Position numbers and translations under genes: made by a program. Positions 27,883-39,672 of a stretch of DNA of 64,000 nucleotides are shown piece by piece (position 1 is the first letter of the stretch; each line of letters begins with the position of its first letter). Where the stretch lies: contig OZ240241.1 in the NCBI GenBank assembly GCA_965198115.1, positions 6,560,001 through 6,624,000 of the forward strand, in the 5' to 3' direction. The notes under the pieces were generated by a model. It was not told the origin of the DNA, ran no database searches, and saw only the letters and a list, made by a program, of their open reading frames with translations. The stretch is from Candidatus Latescibacterota bacterium (lineage in GTDB: Bacteria; Latescibacterota; UBA2968).

Positions 27883-29181
27883 TCAGTTGCCGAGGGCGCT
27901 TAGGAAGGAATCTGCGTTGTCCAGCTCGGCCTTCCCAGCATCGACGAGCACATCCATGCCGCGACTCTGGAGGGAGAAGCGATCCAGGGCTTCGCTGTCG
28001 TAGTCGGGAACCTGGTCGTCGCCACCCGAACCGAATTCGAGCTGACGACAGATGATGTCGGCGATATGAATGATACAGACCAGGCGCGCGTATCGTCGAC
28101 AGTCGCCGGGCGAGTGATGATGAAGAATCGTGTTGAGGTAGTGGTCGGAGAACTTCCATTCCTGTGCGAGTTGACCTCCCACTTCGGCGTGGGAGAGACC
28201 GAGAATCTTTTGCTCCGATTCGTATAGGCTCAGGCCTGCAGATTCGATGGTCTGGAAGACGGCCTGATAGTAGTCGCCGAAGTAACGGTCGAGGATGATT
28301 TTGCCCAAATCGTGGAGCATTCCGGCGAGGAAGGACGTTTCGACCTCGGTTTGTAACTTCTGGGCGCACGCCCGTGCGATGAAGGCCGTCCCGACTGAGT
28401 GACGCCAGAACTCCTTCAGGTCGAGACCTCCTCCGTCTTCGTAGTTCCCGAGCTTTTCGAAGACCTGGGCAGCCATGACCAGGTTGGCTACCTCCTCCAG
28501 CCCGAGAAGGGTCACGGCGAGGGCAATCGAATTGGTCGGTTTCTTGAAGCCGTAGTAGGAAGAGTTGACCAGCTTGAATACCGTGGCCAGAAGCCCAGGG
28601 TCGAGCTGGAGCTGTTGGGCAATGTCGTCGCTGGACGAATCGTCGCTTTTTGCGAGCTTGAGGATCTCGGCGTGGGTGGCCGGAAAAGAGGGCAGTCCTT
28701 CGATCGACTTGACCCGGGTGAGGAAATCTTCGCCCTCCTCATCGCTCGGGTCTTCCTGGATCGCCTCGTCGTCCGAATCGGCGGGCGTGCCGTTCTGCGG
28801 AGCGGGCGCCAGCTGCGCGAGCGCAGACTCGATTCGAGTACGAAGATCGCTGGGTTTGAAAGGTTTCGCGAGGTAGGAGGAAGCGCCTGCTTTGGCTGCC
28901 TGGATGATGGTGTCGGGGGACGGCTTGGCGGAGGTCAGGATGACGGGGACGTCGATGTATTTGGGGCTAATCCCGACGATTTCCGCCAGTCGGAGGCCCG
29001 AGCCCGGGATGTCCAGACCGGCCACGATGACGTTCGGCTCCTGCTCGGCCAACGTTTGAACGGCCGTGACTCCGTCGTGGGCAAGGACGGTGCCATATCT
29101 GCCGGTCAGCATTTTTGTGATGAGACCGGCAAGACGTTCTTTGTCGACGATCAGGACCTTATGGGGGAGAGTGTCTTCCAA
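27883..29181 (-). CDS. Receiver-HDOD domain protein
   Basis: N-terminal REC (YLAKPF); HDOD motifs LPSFP, FWRHS, LHDLGK. Confidence 0.92.
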   Translation of the reverse strand: MEDTLPHKVLIVDKERLAGLITKMLTGRYGTVLAHDGVTAVQTLAEQEPNVIVAGLDIPGSGLRLAEIVGISPKYIDVPVILTSAKPSPDTIIQAAKAGASSYLAKPFKPSDLRTRIESALAQLAPAPQNGTPADSDDEAIQEDPSDEEGEDFLTRVKSIEGLPSFPATHAEILKLAKSDDSSSDDIAQQLQLDPGLLATVFKLVNSSYYGFKKPTNSIALAVTLLGLEEVANLVMAAQVFEKLGNYEDGGGLDLKEFWRHSVGTAFIARACAQKLQTEVETSFLAGMLHDLGKIILDRYFGDYYQAVFQTIESAGLSLYESEQKILGLSHAEVGGQLAQEWKFSDHYLNTILHHHSPGDCRRYARLVCIIHIADIICRQLEFGSGGDDQVPDYDSEALDRFSLQSRGMDVLVDAGKAELDNADSFLSALGN

Positions 29182-29307
29182 CAGGAACCTCGGCTGACCT
29201 CCGGTCAGTATGTGCCACTATCGAAAGATGGGGTAATTTGGGGGAAAAATTTGCGATTCGCAACGTATTTATAGCAGAAATTTGTGTCCTAACCGGCAAA
29301 GACCGTC

Positions 29308-30094
29308 TTAGGATGTGGGTTTTCGAGGGCCGAGTACCTGGAAGACTTTAGCGATCAACGAGGGGGCGTCGAAGGGTTTGGCGAGGAACCCCGGCCAGTC
29401 CGAGGGCCTGCCGGACGTTGTCTTTTGATGGGTCGCCAGTCAGGATGATGATGGGCACGGTGACGGTGTCGGGATCGGATCTGATTCTGCGACATATCCC
29501 GAACCCGTCCATGTTGGGCAGGTTGAGGTCGGTTACGATCACGTCGGGAGTCGCGTTCTTTACGTGCTGGATCGCTGACTCGCCGTCGTTGAAAGTCGTT
29601 ACGTGGATACCGCGGAGCGTCAGCGCTTTTTCGATCGCCAGGACAATGGAAGGATCGTCGTCGATGGCCACCGCTTCGGATTGCCGGCCGAGGTTCTGGG
29701 CGAACAGGAGGGCGCGAAGCATGGCTTCCAGACGAGAGCTCTCGATCGGTTTGATGAGATATCCGTCGGCCTTTCGGTCGAACAGGATGGACTCCCCCTC
29801 CTGGGGGACATACCCGGTCATGATGACGACCACCGGCGGCTTTTCCTTCTTCTTCAGCTCTGTAAGGACCTGCCAGCCATTCATTTCGGGCATCGCCAGA
29901 TCGATGAGCACGAGGTCGAATTGGTGCTTGTCGAACTGACGAATGGCCGAGGCCCCACTGGTCGTCATGGCGGCTCGGAAACCCTTGGTTGCGACGAGTT
30001 GGGCCACGGATTTGGCCACTTCGGGCTCGTCGTCCACGACGAGGACGCGGAAATCTTTGGGCTCGTGGAGCCGTTTTTTGGGTTCTTCGCTCAT
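29308..30094 (-). CDS. Tandem receiver (REC-REC) response regulator, frameshifted near 29392
   Basis: Two REC domains; the canonical GFLAKPFD tail lies in another frame ending at 29308. Confidence 0.85.
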
Positions 30095-30099
30095 GATAG

Positions 30100-32454
30100 T
30101 ACGAATACAGCTTCGATCGTCAGCACCAAAAGGTCGACCGAATCTATCGATTGATAAGTGAGGTCCGAAATGAGGATGGAAGCTCGTCGTTCAGTTCAGC
30201 TACGCGAGGACCCGTTGCACCCGCATTACAGGACAGGTTTCCCGGAATCGAGGAGACCGTCCGGTTCTGGCCTAAACGTGTTTGGGTTCAGGTCGGCGAG
30301 AAGGGATTCGATCTGATTGCCTGTCTGGCCGATTCAAACCTGCTACGTGTCTTTTCGATGCCACTTGAGATAGGCGACCCCACCGTCGCGCTCGCCGAAC
30401 CGAATGGCATCATCATTTCAAGAAGCATGGCAACAAAGTTCTTCGGCGACGCCAACCCCATCGGTAAGACGCTGGATCTTCAGGATAGTCGGTATTTCAC
30501 GGGTGAATACCGTGTCGCCGCCGTCATGGAAGACACCCCGACTACGGCCTCCTATCCCTTTCCGTTCGACTGCGTCTTCTCGACCCTGCCCAAGACCGTT
30601 ATGCCACGACGCTACTGGGAGAATTACGTTCCTTCAGAGCATATCCAATCTTATCTGCTCCTTCAGCCCGAGACCAGTATAGATCGCCTGTCCGCGAAGC
30701 TCGAAGACTTCGTACCCGATTTCCTGATTCCGGAAGCAGCGGCGGTCACACGGTATCGCCTGCAGCCACTCGACCGGGTCCATCTCCACTCCACATCCGA
30801 CTACCCGAACATCCTTACGGGGTCAATCAGAGGCGCACCCTACGGCAACGCCCGAACGGTCTACTTCCTTTCGACGGCAGCCTGTCTGATCCTTTTCGTC
30901 GCCGCCATCAACTTCGTCAATCTCACGACGGCCCGCGCGACCCGGAGGGCTAGAGAGGTGGGTGTTCGCAAAGCCGTTGGGGCGCCACGACGTCAATTGA
31001 TCCGTCAGTATCTGACAGAGTCCGTTTTCATGGCTTTGCTTTCCGGTACTCTGGCTGTCGGTCTGATCGAACTGGGCGTTCGCGTTCTGACCCGCTTCTT
31101 CGAATTGCCACCTGGGATGGCGGAGACCGGGAACGTTCCGCTCATGCTACTACCCACCTGCATCGTGGTCGGACTCGTTGCCGGCTGCTATCCGGCCTTC
31201 TACCTTTCCGCGTTCGATCCGGTACGTGTATTGAAGGGCTCGACACAGACCGGGGACACCCGGTCCAGAGCAAGGAGCGGGCTTGTCCTCGCTCAATTCG
31301 CGATCTCTATCCTTCTATTGATCGGGACCCTGACGGTCGCTCAACAGATGCACTTCATCTTCCACAAGGACCTCGGATTCGACAGAGATCACGTCGTCGT
31401 CACGGACATTTTCAGACGGGATCCCGATCGCACACTACTGCGGCGCTACGATGTGGTGAAGCAGGAAATGTTGAAGCACCCCGATGTGCTGGGAGCAACC
31501 GGCTACAAGCTTCGGTTGGGTCTGGGCGAACAAGGCAGCCTTGGCGATGTGCGCAGGATAAAGGATCTCGCTACCGGCGAATGGTATCAGATGGGAAGCA
31601 TTGTCATCGACGACCATTTCCTGCAGACGATGGGAACGCGATTGCTCGACGGGCGTAACCTCGACCGTCTCGAGGATGCGCTGTTCACGGGAGCTCCCGA
31701 TGAGCCGGGTGCCTACGACCTTGAAAACGAGAAGGTTGCCATCTTACTGAACGAATCCGCCGTTCGCCGATTCGGATTCGAGAATCCACTGGGCATGACC
31801 TTCGACATGGGATTCAGGAACACAGTAGCCTCCGTCGTCGGCATCGTGGAGGACTTTCACATGGGATCGCTCCACGAGGAGATTGGTCCCATGTTCCTGT
31901 TTAAATGGCCCCAGCAGTACAAGGGGCTCATGATCCGGATCCGCGGTCGAAGCATCGAACAGACGATGGCCTACCTGAACGCCACGTGGGACAGATTCGT
32001 TCCTGAACGTTCGTCGGATTTCGTATTTCTCGACGACGGAATCAGCGCGCTTTACGCATCCGACTTCCGCTTCTCCAGACTGGTTGGCGGCTTCGCGACC
32101 CTGGCGAACATCATAGCCTGCCTCGGCCTCGTTGGTCTCGTCGCCTTCGCCGTCGAACAGCGCGTCAAAGAAGTCGGCATCCGTCGCGTTCTCGGAGCGT
32201 CCTCCCACAACATCGTTCGCCTCTTCACCGACGACTTCGCCCGCCTCATCGTCGTCGCAAACGTCATCGCCTGGCCGCTTGGTTATCATGTCATGAACCG
32301 CTGGCTCGAACGCTTCGCCTACCGCATCGAGCTCGACTGGACCCTCTTTGCCCTCAGCGGCGTCATCGTCCTCGCTGTTGCCGTCATCACCATGCTCTAC
32401 GGCGGGCTGCGCGCGGCTCAGACGCAGCCCACCGTGGCCCTTCGGAACGAATAG
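30100..32454 (+). pseudogene. MacB/FtsX-type ABC permease lacking its first 42 residues
   Basis: Homology begins abruptly at YEYSFDRQHQKVDRIYRL after a stop; EVGVRKAVGA and EVGIRRVLGA repeats. Confidence 0.85.
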
Positions 32455-32473
32455 CCGAAGTTACAATCTCCCA

Positions 32474-32992
32474 ATGCTCCGCAATCAACTCCTCGTCGCT
32501 ATCCGATACCTGCTCAGTCACAAGGTCTACTCAGCCATCAACATCTTCGGCCTTGCCGTGGGACTGGTGGCCAGCACCGTCATCTTCTCCTGGATCCGCC
32601 ACGAGCTAAGCTACGACCAGCATCACAAGAAGCTCGATCGCATCTATCGCGTCATCCGAGCCGATCGATCCGAGACCGGCCACGTGATCTTCGGCACCGG
32701 CGACGTCGGACGGCGTATCCGTCGCGCCCTCGGGGCCTCGACACGCAACATCCTCCGTCTGTTCACAACCAAGTTCGTGGCTCTCATCGTCGTCGCGAAC
32801 CTGATCGCGTGGCCGGCGGCGTGGATCGTCATGAACGCCTGGCTCGACCGCTTCGCCTATCACATAGATCTCGGCCCGGCGACATTCGCAGTCGCTGGGC
32901 TCACCGTCCTCATCATCGCATCGATTACCATGGGCATCCAGGCGTTCCGCGCTGCGATGGCACGACCTGTCGAGGCGTTGCGACAGGCGTAG
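32474..32992 (+). pseudogene. Internally deleted MacB/FtsX permease paralog
   Basis: N-terminal ~75 aa joined near 32700 to the last ~90 aa (IRRALGAS...PVEALRQA). Confidence 0.8.
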
Positions 32993-33239
32993 GCCTCTCC
33001 AGGACGGCCGGGGCTGGTGGAACATTCCCACGGCCGGACAATACTTCTCCTTCTTCGACTCCTGCTGCTTTCCTATCGACCTTGTCTGCCACACAGACTC
33101 GATCGCCCAGACCCTGAGCAGGCCGGACGATTGAACCGTCGTCCGGCCTACTCTCATGTTGGTGTATGATCACAGTTTAGGAGGTGTCACGTTTGGATTC
33201 AACCACGTGCCCAGAACCGTCCTCGGCGGCTTGCCGTCG

Positions 33240-33255
33240 TGTGATCTATATCACA
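33240..33255. promoter_or_regulatory. CRP/FNR-family operator
   Basis: TGTGA-TCTATA-TCACA. Confidence 0.65.
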
Positions 33256-33298
33256 ACTACATACATAAACAACGATTTATAACAAAAACTTGAAACTA

Positions 33299-33313
33299 TG
33301 GTACGTAACGTGC
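33299..33313 (+). promoter_or_regulatory. Putative sigma54 -24/-12 promoter
   Basis: TGGTACG-TAAC-GTGC, GG-N10-GC spacing. Confidence 0.55.
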
Positions 33314-33369
33314 GTAGAAGAAGAGCGACGCCGGATGGACCGGTCGCTCTTCTTCGAAAGGACAGGAAA

Positions 33370-33762
33370 GTGAGCACCCTCGCCTACGACCCCACCATCA
33401 TTCGCCCGCCCTTCGTTCTCGACTTTACCGACTCCGGGCGACTCGTTTTCGAGTTCCCAACCCAACATCCGATGAGTCAGCACGGTTCGGTCAATACGAG
33501 CTTGTCCGGAGGCGCCTACACGGTGACTTTTCCGGCTTCTACAGTCGTCACGATTCCCTCAGGGAATATCCAACCCACGGTCAATGGTGAGGAGATCGAC
33601 CTCGATCCGTCCTGCGGTCTGATCATCAATCTCCTCCGAGGGGGAACGATCACCACCCCGAGTGGGCAGACGGACGGAGTCCTTCTCCACCCGAAGGAAA
33701 TCCAGGTCGACGGATTCGCCGCCAGCGTGACGGCTGCGTCTTGTGCGGAGTTCGCTCTGTAG
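33370..33762 (+). CDS. Hypothetical beta-rich protein, paralog A
   Basis: 43/62 aa identical to paralog B in the core; GTG start after AGGA. Confidence 0.75.
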   Translation: MSTLAYDPTIIRPPFVLDFTDSGRLVFEFPTQHPMSQHGSVNTSLSGGAYTVTFPASTVVTIPSGNIQPTVNGEEIDLDPSCGLIINLLRGGTITTPSGQTDGVLLHPKEIQVDGFAASVTAASCAEFAL

Positions 33763-34072
33763 CATTTGCACCGAATCGTCTGCGGAATAAGACCCCACCT
33801 GAGTTTCGCGGGTTCCTATCACGACACTCCGATCTTCGATCACATCACCGGCCAAGCAGAAGGAAGTCCACTCTGGCTGTTTATCCCATCAGCTCGCATC
33901 CTCACAACGGGTAGCCCCGCAGAGACCCCTACTTCGCACACAGCCCTCCACGATTCGCGCAACCTTACGCAAGATCACGCACGCCTTCTTGATTGCGTAA
34001 CTTGACCACCCACCAGGATAACATTGTCATAACAAGTTAAAAAACAGCCCTTTATAAATTTCACATCTCGAT

Positions 34073-34087
34073 TGGTACGGTCTGTGC
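34073..34087 (+). promoter_or_regulatory. Putative sigma54 -24/-12 promoter
   Basis: TGGTACG-GTCT-GTGC, same variant as 33299. Confidence 0.55.
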
Positions 34088-34134
34088 AAATGTCACACGC
34101 ATTGCTGACTGACATCCAATTGAAAGGGCTGCCC

Positions 34135-34539
34135 GTGGACGCCTTAGATCTCACAACTTCGATCGTAAGACCGCCCATCGTCCTCGACTTTACCGAGTCG
34201 GGACGAATCATCCTCGAGTTTCCCACCCAGCATCCGATCAGCAACCACGACTCGATCTGCACCGCGCTATCCGCCGGAACCTACACAATCACTTTCCCGG
34301 CGGCGTCGGTTCTGACTATTCCGTCGGGGAATGTCGAACCCACAGTCAACGGCTTTACGCCCCAGCTCAATCCATTCTCCGGTGTCATCATCCATCTACC
34401 CCAGGGTGGCTCCGTCAGCACTCCGAGCAGCCAAAACAGCGGGCCGATCTCCCAGCTGAGACCCATCCACATTCTCGGCCCTGCCGCCAAAGTCACTGCT
34501 TCAACATCGTCCGCAATACTGAATGGAACCCAATCCTAA
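34135..34539 (+). CDS. Hypothetical beta-rich protein, paralog B
   Basis: Paralog of 33370-33762; start uncertain. Confidence 0.75.
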   Translation: MDALDLTTSIVRPPIVLDFTESGRIILEFPTQHPISNHDSICTALSAGTYTITFPAASVLTIPSGNVEPTVNGFTPQLNPFSGVIIHLPQGGSVSTPSSQNSGPISQLRPIHILGPAAKVTASTSSAILNGTQS

Positions 34540-35401
34540 CCCACAGAGAACGGTCGTGCGATTGGGTTGGGTCTGTTCTCTCACCGTCGCGTTGACTGCT
34601 TCACCGGCCAAGGCCGACACCAAAGATGGTCTCACACGACTCTCTTTCGATCACGGCATCGGTGACACGATCGAAGCCGTCGAGTGCAGGCAATACGGAA
34701 TCTTGACCGACGTGGACGGCCTGGTCTGGACCGCCTTTTACAGACGTGACGACGGTCAGATTTTCCAGGAAATAGCGACAGTAGGTGGAGATGGTCGTGA
34801 GCACCGGGAGTTGCACGGTGTCTCGCCAACAGGACTCGTTCTGCTCGAGAACGATTTGAATCGCCGACACGACCCCGAATCTGCACGCGTCAGAGTGCGA
34901 CAGGGCAGGCGATACAAGGAACCGGCTTCTCAATGTGGAAAGATCGAATTGACAGTCGCGACGGGCTATTTCTGGTTGGGAACGAAGGTGGCTGGCCGGC
35001 CAAATCAGGGAGGTCCAACCTGGAGCGGGTCGGTGGAGTACTACCTGTCCAGATCACATCAGGTCGGTCTGCGATACACCCACGCGACATTCGATCGACG
35101 CACGTTCAAATCGTGTGCGGTCAGCCTGACCCATCAATTTGGCAATAGGTGGGTCGCGCCGTATGTCGGTGCGGGGGTAGGCGTGCAATCGGCAGGAGCA
35201 GTCGTACACCGGGCCAAACCCATGCTCGTCTGGGCCCTGGGCATTCGGACACGTGTAATAGTCTCCTGGTTCGTGGAACTAAGACCGTTGGGCGTCTTGG
35301 ACAGCGACGTAGACGATCGATCGTCCCTGACAAGCTGGGGTCAGATCTCGACCGGCTTGGGCCTGAGGTTGGGCAGGACGAGGAAGGAAACGTCCCGGTG
35401 A
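34523..35401 (+). CDS. Exported protein with a C-terminal outer-membrane beta-barrel-like domain
   Basis: Signal peptide ending AKA; PYVGAGVG; terminal alternating strand. Confidence 0.6.
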   Translation: MEPNPNPQRTVVRLGWVCSLTVALTASPAKADTKDGLTRLSFDHGIGDTIEAVECRQYGILTDVDGLVWTAFYRRDDGQIFQEIATVGGDGREHRELHGVSPTGLVLLENDLNRRHDPESARVRVRQGRRYKEPASQCGKIELTVATGYFWLGTKVAGRPNQGGPTWSGSVEYYLSRSHQVGLRYTHATFDRRTFKSCAVSLTHQFGNRWVAPYVGAGVGVQSAGAVVHRAKPMLVWALGIRTRVIVSWFVELRPLGVLDSDVDDRSSLTSWGQISTGLGLRLGRTRKETSR

Positions 35402-35934
35402 CCAAACGCACGTTTCTGCCGGTTGGCACCTGGGCACGAATGGGGCTATTCCTGCTCGCACTCTCAGGCATCCGATGTGATCCGGGTGGAGAACCGCTCG
35501 CCTCATCTCGGGCTCTCGTCCGGTATCTCAATACGAACGTTGCGTTGACTGATGTTGACTACACATTTACCCCCAGGCCAAATACTTTGAATCAGGGCCC
35601 CTCGCTTTCTACCCGCATTAAAAACACCGGTGACGTTGATGTTCCACGTGCGGTGGAGCGCACCACCTTCTACCTGAACGTCGATCTTCTCGACCAGGGC
35701 GGACGTATCTTAAGCGTCTGCCGCGCGCAAGTCCCCAGCATCCTCCACGGCCAAACAATCTGGATCATCACCCAGTGCCAGCGATCGACAAACGCCCCTA
35801 CCAGCTATGATCCAGCGAATCTCGAAGCTATCAAAAGTTGGAAACACACCTTCTCATCGCACACAAGCTCGTCGGGTTCAGGATGCTACTACGCCGTAAC
35901 TTCTCACGTTGACGAGGAACTGGACCCCCTCTGA
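35398..35934 (+). CDS. Hypothetical (lipo)protein
   Basis: GTGA overlap with the upstream stop; hydrophobic segment followed by Cys. Confidence 0.55.
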   Translation: MTKRTFLPVGTWARMGLFLLALSGIRCDPGGEPLASSRALVRYLNTNVALTDVDYTFTPRPNTLNQGPSLSTRIKNTGDVDVPRAVERTTFYLNVDLLDQGGRILSVCRAQVPSILHGQTIWIITQCQRSTNAPTSYDPANLEAIKSWKHTFSSHTSSSGSGCYYAVTSHVDEELDPL

Positions 35935-36103
35935 CCCTTTCTTGAACCGAATACCGAAGTTCACAGGCAGCTTTGTTCTATTTCAATGCTGGTTTAGGCC
36001 GGCGTTCACAGGCACTGTGGCGAAGGGCCTTTCGTCCTCTGCCATCTGCCGTAGGGCGAAGTTCTCTCCGCCGACCGCCCACAGCAACCGCCGACGGAGT
36101 CCG

Positions 36104-37264
36104 CTACAAGTAGGGCACCGGCTTCGGATCCAACCATCGAACCAGCCGTTCTTTGATCGCCCACGCAAAGAAGAAATTCCCTCGCGGCGTGTGGTGGCCG
36201 ATGTAGAACGGCTTCAAGTATTCGTCCACCTCCAGGCGATGACGCGAATAGTCCTCACGAAACGCGTCTCGTAGATCGATCCAGTCCACGTCGGCCGTGG
36301 CAAGCCAGTCGAGAAACGTTTGGTCGAACAGCGGCTTTCCTTCCAGCGCATCTCTCACACTGCGACTGCTGAACGACAGCAGCACCAAGAGCTTCTTTCC
36401 ATTCGAATCGCAAAACGTCTTTGCTTTCTCGATCACGTGGCGTGTGGCGAGCAGGGCCGCTTCCGTCTGCGCCTGATACACGACCGCATCGGAACTCGCG
36501 TTCGCCAGCGCATCCGCCCCGAAGGCTTTGGCCGCTGTCCGGACGTCGCCCTTGCCCTCTCGAGCCATCACCGCGTGTAGCATCGGATCCTCCCGGAACG
36601 TCTCCCATACCCACGTCTCGTCGCACAGACGATACAGATCCTCCGGCATCGAACACAGGTTTTCCCGCTCCTCACACGTTCCCGAATCGAGGTTGACACG
36701 CAGATGGGGTAATGTGAACCGTCCCTGCCCCCCCGAGCGAATCGACCGCCACGCGTCGAGGTTCCTGAAGTGATCGTCATCCCACACATTCAGGATGACA
36801 TACTCGGCCGGATGCGTCGCCTCCGTCACCAGCATCCGCCGATACGCCTGGTAAACGCTATAGCCCCCAATGCCGTAGTTTCGAATCGGCTCCTGCAGGT
36901 GGGCCGCCAAATATTCCTGCCACGTCTCCCCATCGCTCACCTGATCGCAATGTGTGAAGCTGTTTCCATAGGTATGTATTCGACAATCCCTATCCAGAAA
37001 GTTCACCACACGACGAGCTCCATCCTCGGGATCGTAGGCATAAAATCCTTTGGACCCATCCACGCTCCCTCCGTGAAACCCGTCGCACAGGACCCAACCC
37101 AACTCTGCATCAAACGTCGATTTGGCATTGTTGCACATAATGCCGCCCAGATCCCTTGGGACATCGAGCGTCGCATCGTGCCGCATCGCGAAATGGTCCA
37201 CCATCTCCCGCGTCGGCATGATGGATCGAAGGTAATCTCTCGCTTCTTCACTCATATCTGCCAT
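36104..37264 (-). CDS. SGNH/GDSL-hydrolase-like protein
   Basis: YGNSFT block I, NYGIGGY block II, GHHTPRGN block V. Confidence 0.7.
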   Translation of the reverse strand: MADMSEEARDYLRSIMPTREMVDHFAMRHDATLDVPRDLGGIMCNNAKSTFDAELGWVLCDGFHGGSVDGSKGFYAYDPEDGARRVVNFLDRDCRIHTYGNSFTHCDQVSDGETWQEYLAAHLQEPIRNYGIGGYSVYQAYRRMLVTEATHPAEYVILNVWDDDHFRNLDAWRSIRSGGQGRFTLPHLRVNLDSGTCEERENLCSMPEDLYRLCDETWVWETFREDPMLHAVMAREGKGDVRTAAKAFGADALANASSDAVVYQAQTEAALLATRHVIEKAKTFCDSNGKKLLVLLSFSSRSVRDALEGKPLFDQTFLDWLATADVDWIDLRDAFREDYSRHRLEVDEYLKPFYIGHHTPRGNFFFAWAIKERLVRWLDPKPVPYL

Positions 37265-37458
37265 CCAGTCCTTCGCCGCCAGAGGCGACTCCTACCCAAC
37301 CTTTTGCCGATGTTATGGACACGCCTGTTACGGATTCCTGGTCGGAGACCATTCCCACCGAACCAATCGCGCGAAGCTATCGCCACGCCTGCTCGCCAAC
37401 TCACCTGCTCGTCCGAAACAGGTCTGTCTTCCCCTGCCCCCTTCTCCCTGCCCTCCTG

Positions 37459-39449
37459 CTAGAAGTTGTGAAACCCGTGCCCCTCGCCCGGGAACCAGAA
37501 AATGTCGATCACCTGCGCGATTCCGATCCCGACGCAGTAGCCCACAACGGTGCCGATGAAAAACGGTTTCGCCTTTTGGTAGAGCCGGGGACCGCCTGCT
37601 CTCAGAATCACCAGTTTGGCGGCCCAGACCATCAAGATGCTCAGCGCATAGTAGCGCGGCCCCGTTGTATACTGAAAGGCCAAGCCGAGCGGATGCAGGG
37701 GCCACCACGACAAACGGGCCCGTAGGGTCGCCAACACGATCGCTTCCGTACCACCCAGAACCCAGACACCCATCTTCTGAATGTCGAAGATCGTCTTTTC
37801 AGACTCGGCCATCGCGGTCGCGATCCCTCCGAAAATCCCGAGGGGTCCTTCCCACAGGGTCCACGATCGCAGATGAAGCGCCGACTCCTGGTAGCAGTAA
37901 TAAATGATCGTCATCGCGCTGGCCACGAACGCCAACGTGAACGACCCGAAGATCACCGTCGCCACGTGTCTGCGCCCGTCCGGAGCCACATCGTCCATCA
38001 CTCTCAGATGGTGCGGAATCACCTGTAGGGTCTGTAGCCGCCCGCCGCCGAATACCGCGTTCGAATTCACCAATTGAAGCGCTGTCAGTTCCGATGTGGA
38101 CATCCCGGCTGTGCCCACCACGATTTTAAGAAAGTTGCCTCCCTTCACCCAGACCGGGTACAGGTAACCGAAACCGCTGGCTGCCATGAACTTCACCGTC
38201 GTGAAGTAGGCGATGAACATCAGAGTCATCTGTCCGATCGCGAGACCGAACGACATGCCAACGCCCATCAGAAACGCACAAACGTAGACACTGCACGCCA
38301 GAAGTCCCACGATCGCCGCCCGGTAACCGATCGGCCCATCCCCTCGCTCCCCGGAGCGGGCGCAGTGCCAGACATAGCGCAGATGCCGTCTTGCGATCCA
38401 GAGGGACCAGATCACCAGCACCGTCATCGCCCCGTGACTCTCGAGCGAAACGATCTCCGCTGCTTTCGACGGTTGCCCCTCGAGTCCAATCGTCACGCCC
38501 AGCCGATCGATCGTTCCCACCTTCAGGATGGCTAACACGCCGAAGAACCAGAACGTGAACAGGAGGTCGAGACTGCACAGATATCCCAGACCGATGACCA
38601 GAGGCAGGACACGTGCGTAAAACGGGGGAAAGTTCCTCGCGAATTCAACCGCTTTGACGCCGATGGGATCGAACAGCGTGATGCGGGGGACGTTCGGATA
38701 CCAGAAGCTGATCACATTCCACAGGATGATCCCAGCAGTCCACGCGAACCCCCACCAAAAAACGGGAGTACGAAGGATCGTCGGCAGACGCCTTCCCTCG
38801 TCGAATCCCTCCACCATATCGACCGGAAACTCGACGAGCGGATAGGTCAACCGTTCTGCATCCGCCCATTGCCGATGGAAGATGCACGATACGCAGAAGC
38901 CGGCGCCCACGAGCGCAATGGGACACGAAAACCACCACCACAGGGGTATCATCCACGCCGACCAGGGCACTATCTGGCCTTTGTCGAGCCCGTAGTAGAA
39001 GCTGTCCATCACGTGCGGTACAGGATCGGGAAACCCCCACGTAGGCAGGTAATCGAAGAACAGCTCCGCCCACCGGTTCTCGGGCGTGGCGAAAAAGTGA
39101 GGCGCCGGCAGGATCCCATGAGATACCCCATCCATCCCACCGCCGGCATCATACTCGCGATCCACGCCGTCGCGAAGATGACAAGCATCTCCGTCCTCGT
39201 GAACATCCATCGTCTGTTGACGACCCCGAGGAGGGCATTGATCGCCACCCAGATGCAGAAATACAGGATGAGTGCCACGGGGTAGCTCGACTTCACCATC
39301 GAGCTCGCGTGCAGAACGACCGACTGCAGGTTCCCCGCATAGGCGACTACGGCCGCCGTAGCCAGCCCCCACACGACGGACCGGGGCGTCACACCCCCTC
39401 TCGCCTGCGCCTTTCCGAACCGTGTGTCAATCTGCTCAGCGACTGCCAT
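37459..39449 (-). CDS. DUF6785-type polytopic membrane (putative peptide transport) protein, frameshifted at ~39116
   Basis: VPWSAW, RQWADAERLTYP, WWPLHPLG, PFFIG; N-terminus in a different frame. Confidence 0.8.
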
Positions 39450-39672
39450 GGATAGTCCGTTCCTCGGTACCCTGTCTGGATTCAACCATCTGCGTCTGCT
39501 CGCAGCCTGCTTGCAATACCCCAGGACAACCAGTCATCAGGAAAACAAACGGCCGCCGTGTACCCACGACGGACCGTGTTGTTCGACTACGATTGTCCCA
39601 AGCCAGAGGCCACGAAGTCCATTGACACACCCGCTCGCTCCTCGCCCGCTCTCCCGCTCGGTCCTGTTCGAC

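Noticed and set aside
29200-29220. Sigma54 promoter for the HDOD gene
   Set aside because: TGGCAC present on the minus strand but no -12 GC
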